In this document: in pieces, positions 1 through 12,699 of the stretch
How the letters are laid out: each line of letters opens with the position of its first letter
How positions within the stretch are numbered: position 1 is the stretch's first letter
NCBI RefSeq assembly: GCF_009914755.1
Contig: NC_060933.1
Source: the human T2T-CHM13v2.0 reference genome, Homo sapiens
DNA length: 64,000 nt
Reading direction: 5' to 3' (one strand)
Translations under genes and position numbers: made by a program
Notes under the pieces: generated by a model
Told to the model about the DNA's origin: nothing
Seen by the model: only the letters and a program-made list of their open reading frames with translations
The model's database searches: none

Positions 1-1280
1 TCAACCCGACTGCAGGGGAATGGAATGGAATGGAAACTAATAGAATGGAATCAACCCGAGTGGAATGGAATGGAAAAGACAGGAATGGAAAGGAATGGAA
101 TGGAATGGAATGGAATGGAATGGAATGGAATGGAATCAACGCGAGTGCAGGGGAATGGAAAGGAATCGAATGGAATGGAATGGAATGGAAAGGAATCAAC
201 CCGAGTGCAGGGGAATGTAATGGAACGGAATGCAATGGAATTGAATCATCCGGAATGGAATGGAATGGAATGGAATGGAATGGAATCAACCCGAGTGCAA
301 TGGAATGGAGTGGAATGGAATGGAATGGAATGGAACAACCCGAATGGAATGGAATGTAATGGAGAGTAAGGGAGTTGAAAAGAATCAATCCGAATGTAAT
401 GGAATGGAATGGAACGGAATGGAATGGAATGGAATGGAATGGAATGGAATGGAATGGAATGCAATGGAATGGAATCAACCCGAGTACAATGGAATGGAAT
501 GGAATGGAATGGAATGGAATGGAATGGAAGGGAATGGAATGGAATGGAATGCAATGGAATGGAATCTTACGGAATGGAATGGAATGGAATGGAATGGAAT
601 GGAATGGAATGGAATGGAATGCAATGGATTCAACTAGATTGCAATGGAATGGAATAGAATGGAATGGAATGGAATGGAATGCAATGGAATGGAATCAACT
701 CGATTGCAACGGAATGGAATGGAATGGAAAGGAATACATTGGAATCAACCCGAGTGGAATGGAATGGAAAGGACTGGAATGGAGTGGAATGGAATAGAAT
801 GGAATGGAATGGAATGGAACGGAACGGAACGGAACGGAATGGAGTGGAATGGAATGGAATGGAATTGTATGGAATGGAATGGAATGGTACGGAAAAGAAT
901 GGAATGGAAAGAATTGGAATGGAATGGAATCGAATGGAATGGAATGGAATGGAATGGAATCAACCCGAGTGCAGGGGAATGTAATGGAACGGAATGCAAT
1001 GGAATGGAATCATCCGGAATGGAATGGAATGGAATTGAATGGAATGGAATGGAATGGAATCAACACGAGAGCAATGGAATGGAGTGGAATGGAATGGAAT
1101 GGAATGGAACAACCCGAATGGAATGGAATGTAATGGAGAGTAAGGGAGTTGAATAGAATCAATCCGAATGTAATGGAATGGAATGCAACGGAATGGAATG
1201 GAATGGAATGGAATGGAATGGAATGCAATGGAATTGAATCAACCTGAGTACAATGGAATGGAGAGGAATGGAATGGAATG

Positions 1281-1570
1281 GAATGGAAAATACCCGAATG
1301 GAATGGAATGTAATGGAGTGTAAGGGAATTGAACAGAATCAATCCGAATGTAATGGAATGGAATGGAACGAAATGGAATGGAATGGAATGGAATGGAATG
1401 GAATGGAATGCAATGGAATGGAATCAACCCGAGTGCAATGGAATGGAGTGGAATGGAATGGAATGGAATGGAAAATACCCGAATGGAATGGAATGTAATG
1501 GAGTGTAAGGGAATTGAACAGAATCAATCCGAATGTAATGGAATGGAATGGAACGAAATGGAATGGAATG
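1281..1570 (+). repeat. Local tandem duplication of module B (185-bp offset)
   Basis: GAAAATACCCGAAT...GGAGTGTAAGGGAATTGAACAGAATC...GGAACGAAAT starts at both 1286 and 1471. The two copies share three uncommon variants. Confidence 0.85.
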
Positions 1571-2037
1571 GAATGGAATGGAATGCAATGGAATGGAAAC
1601 AACCCGAGTGCAATCGAATGGAATCGAATGGAATGGCATGCAATGGAATGGATTCAACTTGAATGGAATGGAAAGAATGGAATCAACACGAGTGGAATGG
1701 CATGGATTGGAATGGAATGGAATGGAATCAACCCGAGTACAGGGGAATGGAATGGAAGGGAATGCAATGGAATGGAACCATCCATAATGGAATGGAAAGG
1801 AATGGAATGGAATGGAATGGAATGGAATGGAATCAACTCGAATGCAATCGAATGGAATGGAATGGAATTAACCCTAATAGAATGGAATGGAATGGAATGG
1901 AACGGAACGGAATGGAATGGAATGGAATGGAATGGAATGGAACGGAACGGAACGGAATGGATGGAATGGAATGGAATGGAATGGAATGGAATCAACGCGA
2001 GTGCAGGGGAATGGAAAGGAATGGAATGCAATGGAAT

Positions 2038-2052
2038 GGAATCTTCCGGAAT
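2038..2052. promoter_or_regulatory. Perfect three-unit heat-shock element (nGAAn-nTTCn-nGAAn); first of ~40 copies in the window
   Basis: GGAAT-CTTCC-GGAAT matches the canonical HSF1 HSE consensus exactly. Binding is not shown by the sequence. Further copies start near 3525, 5632, 7576, 8975, 9828 and continue to 63178. Confidence 0.55.
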
Positions 2053-2959
2053 GGAATGGAATGGGTTGGAATGAAATGCAATTGATTCAACTCGATTGCA
2101 ATGGAATGGAATAGAATGGTATGGAATCGAATGGAATGGAATTGAATGGAATCAACCCGAGTGCAATGGAATGGAGTGGAATGGAATGGAATGGAATGGA
2201 ACAACCCGAATTGAATGGAAGGTAATGGAGAGTAAGGGAGTTGAATAGAATCAATCCGAATGTAATGGAATGGAATGCAACGGAATGGAATGGAATGGAA
2301 TGGAATGGAATGCAATGGAATGGAATCAACCCGAGTACAATGGAATGGAATGGAATGGAATGGAATGGAATGGAATGGAATGGAATGGAATGCCTTCAAA
2401 CCGAATGGAATGGAAAGGAATGGAATCAACACGAGTGGAATGGAATGGAATGGAATGGAATGGAATGGAATGGAATGGAATGCAATCGTTCCGAGTGGAA
2501 TAGTAGGGAATGTATTCGAGTGGAATGGAAAGGAATGGAATCAACCAGAGTGGAATGGAAGGGAATGGAATGGAATGGAAACTAATAGAATGGAATCAAC
2601 CCGAGTGGAATGGAATGGAAAAGACTGGAATGGAAAGGAATGGAATGGAATGGAATGGAATCAACGCGAGTGCAGGGGAATGGAATGGAATCGAATGGAA
2701 TGGAATGGAATCAACCCGAGTGCAATCGAATGGAATCGAATGGAATGGAATGCAATGGAATGGATTCAACTTGAATGGAAAGGAAAGAATGGAATCAACA
2801 CGAGTGGAATGGCATGGATTGGAATGGAATGGAATGGAATCAACCCGAGTACAGGGGAATGGAATGGAATGGAATGCAATGGAATGGAATCATCAGTAAT
2901 GGAATGGAAAGGAATGGAAAGGACTGGAATGGAATGGAATGGAATGGAATGCAATCAAA

Positions 2960-2973
2960 TCGATTGCAATCGA
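2960..2973. other. Perfect 14-bp palindrome TCGATTGCAATCGA; first of ~35-40 copies
   Basis: The sequence equals its own reverse complement. It recurs near 6562, 6732, 8774, 9636, 13346 and on to 63839. Confidence 0.9.
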
Positions 2974-5900
2974 ATGGAATGGAATGGAATTAACCCGAAT
3001 AGAATGGAATGGAATGGAATGGAACGGAACGGAATGGAATGGAATGGAATGGAATAGAATGGAACGGAAAGGAATGGAATGGAATGGAATGGAACGGAAT
3101 GGAAAGGAATCGAATCAACGCGAGTGCAGAGGAATGGAATGGAATCGAATGGAATGGAAAGGAATGGAATGGAATTAACCCGAGTGCAGGGGAAGGTAAT
3201 GGAACCGAATGCAATGGAATGCAATCATCCGGAATGGAATGGAATGGAATGGAATGGAATCAACCCGAGTGCAATGGAATAGAGTGGAATGGAAAGGAAT
3301 GGAATGGAACAACCCGAATGGAATGGAATGTAATGGAGAGTAAGGGAGTTGAAAAGAATCAATCCGAATGTAATGGAATGGAATTGAACGGAATGGAATG
3401 GAATGGGATGGAATGGAATGGAATGCAATGGAATGGAATCTACCTGAGTACAATGGAATGGAATGGAATGGAATGGAATGGAATGGAATGGAATGGAATG
3501 CAATGGAATGGAATGCAATGAAATGGAATCTTCCGGAATGGAATGGAATGGAATGGAATGGAATGCAATGGATTCAACTCGATTGCAATGGAATGGAATA
3601 GAATGGAATGGAGTGGAATGGAATGGAATGGAATTAAACCGAATAGAATGGAATGGAATGGAATGGAACGGAACAGAACGGAACGGAACGGAACGGAGTG
3701 GAGTGGAATGGAATGGAATTGTATGGAATGGAATGGAATGGTACGGAATAGAATGGAATGGAAAGAATTGGAATGGAATGGAATCGAATGGAATGGAATG
3801 GAATGGAATGGAATCAACCCGAGTGCAGGGGAATGTAATGGAACGGAATGCAATGGAATGGAATCATCCGGAATGGAATGGAATGGAACGGAATGGAATG
3901 GAATGGAATGGAATGGAATCAACCCGAGTGCAATGGAATGGAGTGGAATGGAATGGAATGGAATGGAACAACCCGAATGGAATGGAATGTAATGGAGAGT
4001 AAGGGAGTTGAATAGAATCAATCCGAATGTAATGGAATGGAACGGAATGGAATGGAATGGAATGGAATGGAATGGAATGGAATGGAATGGAATGGAATGC
4101 AATGGAATGGAATCAACCCGAGTGCAATGGAATGGAGAGGAATGGAATGGAATGGAATGGAAACTACCCGAATGGAATGGAATGTAATGGAGTGTAAGGG
4201 AATTGAATAGAATCAATCCGAATGGAATGGAATGGAATGTAATGGAATGGAATGGAATGGAATCAACCCGAGTGCAGGGGAATGGAATGGAATGGAATGC
4301 AATGGAATGGAATCATCCGGAATGGAATGGAATGGAATGGAATGGAATGGAACAACCCGAATGGAATGGAATGTAATGGAGAGTAAGGGAGTTGAATAGA
4401 ATCAATCCGAATGTAAAGGAATGGAATGCAACGGAATGGAATGGAATGGAATGCAATGGAATGTAATGGAATTGAATCAACCCGAGTACAATGGAATGGA
4501 ATGGAATGGAATGGCATGGAATGGAATGATACGGAATAGAATGGAATGGAACGAAATGGAATGGAATGGAATGGAATGGAATGGAATGGAATGGAATGGA
4601 ATGGAATCGTTCCGAGTGGAATAGTAGGGAATGTATTCGAGTGGAATGGAAAGGAATGGAATCAACCAGAGTGGAATGGAAGTGAATGGAATGGAATGGA
4701 AATTAATAGAATGGAATCAACCCGAGAGGAATGGAATGGAAAGGACTGGAATGGAATGGAATGGAATGGAATCAACTCGATTTTAATGGAATGGAATGGA
4801 ATGGAATGGAATTAACCCGAATACAATGCAATGGAATGGAATGGAACGGAATGGAGTGGAATGGAATGGAATCAACCCGAGTGCATGGGAACTGAATGGA
4901 ATGGAATGCAATGGAATGGAATCATCCGGAATTGAATGGAATGGAATGGAATGCAAAGCGATGGAATCAACTCGATTGCAATGGAATGGAATGGAATGGA
5001 AAGGAATACATTGGAATCAACCCGAGTGGAATGGAATGGAAAGGACTGGAATGGAGTGGAATGGAATGGAATGGAATGGAATGGAATGGAATCAACTCGA
5101 TTGGAATGGAATAAAATGGAATGGAATTAACCCGAATAGAATGGAATGGAATGGAATGGAACGGAACGGAAAGGAATGGAATGGAATGGAATGGAATGGA
5201 AACAACCCGACTGCAGGGGAATGGAATGGAATGGAATGCAATGGAATGGATTCAACTTGAATGGAATGGAAAGAATGGAATCAACACGAGTGGAATGGCA
5301 TGGATTGGAATGGAATGGAATGGAATCAACCCGAGTACAGGGGAATGAAATGGAATGGAATGCAATGGAATGGAATCATCCGTAATGGAATGGAAAGGAA
5401 TGGAATGGAATGGAATGGAATGGAATGGAATCAACTCGATTGCAACCGAATGGAATGGAATGGAATTAACCCGAATAGAATGGAATGGAATGGAATGGAA
5501 CGGAACGGAATGTAATGGAACGGAATGGAATGGAATGGAACGGAAAGGAAGGGAATGGAATGGAATAGAATGGAATGGAATGGAATCAACACGAGTGAAG
5601 GGGAATGGAATGGAATGGAATGCAATGGAATGGAATCTTCCGGAATGCAATGGAATGGAATGGAATGGAATGGAATCAACCCGAGTGCAATGGAATGGAG
5701 TGGAATGGAATGGAATGGAATGGAACAACCCGAATGGAATGGAATGTAATGGAGAGTAAGGGAGTTGAATAGAATCAATCTGAATGTAATGGAATGGAAT
5801 GGAACGGAATGGAATTGAATGGAATGGAATGGAATGCAATGGAATGGAATCAACCCGAGTGCAATGGAATGGAGAGGAATGGAATGGAATGGAATGGAAA

Positions 5901-8900
5901 CTACCCAAATGGAATGGAATGTAATGGAGTGTAAGGGAATTGAATAGAAAAAATCCGAATGTAATGGAATGGAATGGAACGGAATGGAATGGAATGGAAT
6001 GGAATGGCATGGAATGGAATGCAATGGAATGGAATCAACCCGAGTGCAATCGAATGGAATCGAATGGAAGGGAATGCAATGGAATGGATTCAACTTGAAT
6101 GGAATGGAAAGAATGGAATCAACACGAGTGGAATGGCATGGATTGGAATGGAATGGAATGGAATCAACCCGAGTACAGGGGAATGGAATGGAATGGAATG
6201 CAATGGAATGGAATCATCCGTAATTGAATGGAAAGGAATGGAATGGAATGGAATGGAATGGAATGGAATGGAACGGAACGGAACGGAATGGAATGGAATG
6301 GAATGGAATGGAATGGAAAAACCCGACTGCAGGGGAATGGAATGGAATGGAATGCAATGGAATGGATTCAAATTGAATGGAATGGAAAGAATGGAATCAA
6401 CACGAGTGGAATGGCATGGATTGGAATGGAATGGAATGGAATCTACCCGAGTACAGGGGAATGGAATGGAATGGAATGCAATGGAATGGAATCATCCGTA
6501 ATGGAATGGAAAGGAATGGAATGGAATGGAATGGAATGGAATGGAATGGAATGGAATCAACTCGATTGCAATCGAATGGAATGGAATGGAATTAACCCGA
6601 ATAGAATGGAATGGAAAGGAATGGAACGGAACGGAACGGAATGGAATGGATTGGAATGGAATGGAATGGAATGGAATGGAACGGAAAGGAATGGAATGGA
6701 ATGGAATGGAATGGAATGGAATGGAATCAACTCGATTGCAATCGAATGGAATGGAATGGAATTAACCCGAATAGAATGGAATGGAATGGAATGGAACGGA
6801 ACGGAATGGAATGGAATGGAATGGAATGGAATGGAATGGAATGGAATCAACCCGAGTGCAATGGAATGGAGTGGAATGGAATGGAGTGGAATGGAACAAC
6901 CCGAATGGAATGGAATGGAATGGAGAGTAAGGGAGTTGAATAGAATCAATCCGAATGTAATGGAATGGAATGGAACGGAATGGAATTGAATGGAATGTAA
7001 TGGAATGCAATGGAATGGAATCAACCCGAGTGCAATGGAATGGAGAGGAATGGAATGGAATGGAATGGAAACTAACCGAATGGAATGGAATGTAATGGAG
7101 TTTAAGGGAATTGAATAGAATCAATCCGAATGTAATGGAATGGAATGGAACAGAATGGAATGGAATGGAATGGAATCAACTCGATTGTAATGGAATGGAA
7201 TGGAAGGGAATGGAGTGGAATGGAATGGAATCAACCCGAGTGCAGGGGAACTTAATGGAACGGAATGCAATGGAATGGAATCATCCGGAATAGAATGGAA
7301 TGGAATGGAATGGAATGGAATCAACCCGAGTGCAATGGAATGGAGTGGAATGGAAAGGAATGGAATGGAACAACCCGAATGGAATGGAATGTAATGGAGA
7401 GTAAGGGAGTTGAAAAGAATCAATCCGAATGTAATGGAATGGAATGGAACGGAATGGAATGGAATGGAATGGAATGGAATGGAATGGAATGGAATGCAAT
7501 GGAATGGAATCAACCCGAGTACAATGGAATGGAATGGAATGGAATGGAATGGAATGGAATGGAATGCAATGGAATGGAATCTTCCGGAATGGAAGGGAAT
7601 GGAATGGAATGGAATGGAGTGGAATGCAATGGATTCAACTCGATTGCAATGGAATGGAATAGAATGGAATGGAATGGAATGGAATGGAATTAACCCGAAT
7701 AGAATGGAATGGAATGGAATGGAACGGAACAGAACGGAACGGAACGGAACGGAGTGGAATGGAATGGAATGGAATTGTATGGAATGGAATGGAATGCTAC
7801 GGTATAGAATGGAATGCAAAGAATTGGAATGGAATGGAATCGAATGGAATGGAATGGAATGGAATGGAATCAACCCGAGTGCAGGGGAAAGTAATGGAAC
7901 GGAATGCAATGGAATGGAATCATCCGGAATGGAATGGAATGGAATGGAAAGGAATGGAATGGAATCAACCCGAGCGCAATGGAATGGAGTGGAATGGAAT
8001 GGAATGGAATGGAATGGAAAGGAATCAACCCGAGTACAATGGAACGGAATGGAATGGAATGTAATGTAATGGAATGGAATGGAATGGAATCAACCCGAGT
8101 GCAATGGAATGGAGAGGAATGGAATGGAATGGAATGGAAACTACCCGAATGGAATGGAATGTAATGGAGTGTAAAGGAATTGAATAGAATCAATCCGAAT
8201 GGAATGGAATGGAATGGAACGGAATGTAATGGAATGGAATGGAATGGAATCAACCCGAGTGCAGGGGAATGGAATGGAATGGAATGCAATGGAATGGAAT
8301 CATCTGGAATGGAATGGAATGGAATGCAATGGAATGGAATGGAATGGAATCAACCCGAGTGCAATGGAATGGAGTGAAATGGAATGGAATGGAATGGAGA
8401 CAACCAGAATGGATTGGAATATAATGGAGTGTAAGGGAATTGAATAGAATCAATCTGAATGTAATCAAATGGAATGGAATGGAATGGAATGGAATGGAAT
8501 GGAATGGAATGCAATGGAATGGAATCAACCTGAGTGCAATCGAATGGAATCGAATGGAATGGAATGCAATGGAATGGATTCAACTTGAATGGAATGGAAA
8601 GAATGGAATCAACACGAGTGGAATGGCATGGATTGGAATGGAATGGAATGGAATCAACCCGAGTATAGGGGAATGGAATGGAATGGAATGCAATGGAATG
8701 GAATCATCCGTAATGGAATGGAAAGGAATGGAATGGAATGGAATGGAATGGAATGGAATGGAATGGAATCAACTCGATTGCAATCGAATGGAATGGAATG
8801 GAATTAACCCGAATAGAATGGAATGGAATGCAATGGAACGGAACGGAATGGAATGGAATGGAATGGAATGGAATGGAATGGAACGGAAAGGAAAGGAATG

Positions 8901-11900
8901 GAATGGAATAGAATGGAATGGAATGGAATCAACGCGAGTGCAGGGGAATGGAATGGAATGGAATGCAATGGAATGGAATCTTCCGGAACGGAATGGAATG
9001 GAATGGAATGGAATGGAATGGAATCAACACGATTGCAATGGAATGGAGAGGAATGGAATGGAATGGAATGGAACAACCCGAATGGAATGGAATGTAATGG
9101 AGAGTAAGGGAGTTGAATAGAATGAATACGAATGTAATGGAATGGAATGGAACGGAATGGAATTGAATGGAATGGAATGGAATGCAATGGAATGGAATCA
9201 ACCCGAGTGCAATGGAATGGAGAGGAATGGAATGGAATGGAATGGAAACTACCCGAATGGAATGGAATGTAATGGAGTGTAAGGGAATTGAATAGAATCA
9301 ATCCGCATGTAATGGAATGGAATGGAACGGAATGGAATGGAATGGAATGGAATGGAATGGAATGGAATGCAATGGAATGGAATCAACCCGAGTGCAATCG
9401 AATGGAATCGAATGGAATGGAATGCAATGGAATGGATTCAACTTGAATGGAATGGAAAGAATGGAATCAACACGAGTGGAATGGCATGGCTTGGAATGGA
9501 ATGGAATGGAATCAACCCGAGTACAGGGGAATTTAATGTAATGGAATGCAATGGAATGGAATCATCCGTAATGGAATGGAAAGGAATGGAATGGAATGGA
9601 ATGGAATGGAATGGAATGGAATGGAATGGACTCAACTCGATTGCAATCGAATGGAATGGAATGGAATTAACCCGAATAGAATGGAATGGAATAGAATGGA
9701 ACGGAACGGAATGGAACGGAATGGAATGGAATGGAATGGAATGGAACGGAACGGAATGGAATGGAATGGAATGGAATGGAATCAACGCGAGTGCAGGGGA
9801 ATGGAATGAAATGGAATGCAATGGAATGGAATCTTCCGGAATGGAATGGAATGGAATGAAATGCAATGGATTCAACTCGATTGCAATGGAATGGAATAGA
9901 ATGGAATGGAATGGAATTAATTCGAATAGAATGGAATGGAATGGAATGGAATGGAACGGAATGGAACGGAATGGAATGGAATGGAATGGAATGCAATGGA
10001 ATGGTATGGAATGGAATGGAATGGTACGGAATAGAATGGAATGGAACGAATTGTAATGGAAAGGAATTGAATGGAATGGAATGGAATCAACGCGAGTGCA
10101 GGGGAATGTAATGGAACGGAATGCAATGGAATGGAATCATCCGGAATGGAATGGAATGGAATGGAATGGAATGGAATGGAATGGAATGGAATCAACCCGA
10201 GTGCAATGGAATGGAGTGGAATGGAATGGAATGGAATGGAACAACCCGAATGGAATGGAATGTAATGGAGAGTAAGGGAGTTGAATAGAATCAATCCGAA
10301 TGTAATGGAATGGAATGCAACGGAATGGAATGGAATGGAATGGAATGGAATGCAATGGAATTGAATCAACCCGAGTACAATGGAATGGAATGGAATGGAA
10401 TGGAATGATACGGAATAGAATGGAATGGAACGAAATGGAATGGAATGGAATGGAATGGAATGGAATGGAATGGAATGGAATGGAATGGAATCGTTCCGAG
10501 TGGAATAGGAGGGAATGTATTCGAGTGGAATGGAAAGGAATGGAATCAACCAGAGTGGAATGGAAGGGAATGGAATGGAATGGAAACTAATAGAATGGAA
10601 TCAACCCGAGTGGAATGGAATGGAAAGGACTGGAATGGAATGGAATGGAATGGAATGGAATGGAATCAACTCGATTGGAATGGAATGGAATGGAATGGAA
10701 TGGAATGGAATGGAATTAACCCGAATACAATGGAATGGAATGGAATGGAACGGAATGGAGTGGAATGGAATGGAATCAACCCGAGTGCAGGGGAATGGAA
10801 TGGAATGGAATGCAATGGAATGGAATCATCCGGAATGGAATGGAATGCAAAGCAATGGAATCAGCTAGATTGCAATGGAATGGAATGGAATGGAAAGGAA
10901 TACATTGGAATCAACCCGAGTGGAATGGAATGGAAAGGACTGGAATGGAGTGGAATGGAATGGAATGGAATGGAATCAACTCGATTGGAATGGAATGGAA
11001 TGGAATGGAATGGAATTAACCCGAATAGAATGGAATGGAATGGAATGGAACGGAACGGAATCGAATGGAATGGAATGGAATGGAATGGAATGGAATGGAA
11101 TGGAATCAACCCGACTGCAGGGGAATGGAATGGAATGGAAACTAATAGAATGGAATCAACCCGAGTGGAATGGAATGGAAAAGACAGGAATGGAAAGGAA
11201 TGGAATGGAATGGAATGGAATGGAATGGAATGGAATGGAATCAACGCGAGTGCAGGGGAATGGAAAGGAATCGAATGGAATGGAATGGAATGGAAAGGAA
11301 TCAACCCGAGTGCAGGGGAATGTAATGGAACGGAATGCAATGGAATTGAATCATCCGGAATGGAATGGAATGGAATGCAATGGAATGGAATGGAATGGAA
11401 TCAACCCGAGTGCAATGGAATGGAGTGAAATGGAATGGAATGGAATGGAGACAACCAGAATGGATTGGAATATAATGGAGTGTAAGGGAATTGAATAGAA
11501 TCAATCTGAATGTAATGAAATGGAATGGAACGGAATGGAATGGAATGGAATGGAATGGAATGGAATGCAATGGAATGGAATCAACCCGAGTGCAATCGAA
11601 TGGAATCGAATGGAATGGAATGCAATGGAATGGATTCAACTTGAATGGAATGGAAAGAATGGAATCAACACGAGTGGAATGGCATGGATTGGAATGGAAT
11701 GGAATGGAATCAACCCGAGTATAGGGGAATGGAATGGAATGGAATGGAATGGAATGGAATCATCCGTAAAGGAATGGAAAGGAATGGAATGGAATGGAAT
11801 GGAATGGAATGGAATGGAATGGAATGGAATCTTCCGGAATGGAATGGAATGGAATGGAATGGAATGACATGCAATGGATTCAACTCGATTGCAATGGAAT

Positions 11901-12699
11901 GGAATAGAATGGTATGGAATGGAATGGAATGGAATTAATTCGAACAGAATGGAATGGAATGGAATGGAACGGAATGGAACGGAATGGAATGGAATGGAAT
12001 GGAATGGAATGGAATGGTATGGAATGGAATGGAATGGTACGGAATAGAATGGAATGGAACGAATTGTAATGGAATGGAATTGAATGGAATGGAATGGAAT
12101 CAACGCGAGTGCAGGGGAATGTAATGGAACGGAATGCAATGGAATGGAATCATCCGGAATGGAATGGAATGGAATGGAATGGAATGGAATGGAATCAACC
12201 CGAGTGCAATGGAATAGAGTGGAATGGAATGGAATGGAATGGAACAACCCGAATGGAATGGAATGTAATGGAGAGTAAGGGAGTTGAATAGAATCAATCC
12301 GAATAAAGGAATGGAATGCAACGGAATGGAATGGAATGGAATGTAATGGAATGTAATGGAATTGAATCAACCCGAGTACAATGGAATGGAATGGAATGGA
12401 ATGGAATGGAATGGAATGGAATGATACGGAATAGAATGGAATGGAACGAAATGGAATGGAATGGAATGGAATGGAATGGAATGGAATGGAATGGAATGGA
12501 ATCGTTCCGAGTGGAATAGTAGGGAATGTATTCGAGTGGAATGGAAAGGAATGGAATCAACCAGACTGGAATGGAAGTGAATGGAATGGAATGGAAATTA
12601 ATAGAATGGAATCAACCCGAGAGGAATGGAATGGAAAGGACTGGAATGGAATGGAATGGAATGGAATCACCTCGATTTTAATGGAATGGAATGGAATGG

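Noticed and set aside
2044-2051. TTCCGGAA as a STAT or ETS site
   Set aside because: The TTC-GAA spacer is 2 nt rather than the canonical 3-4 for STAT, and the ETS flank is suboptimal. The HSE reading fits exactly.
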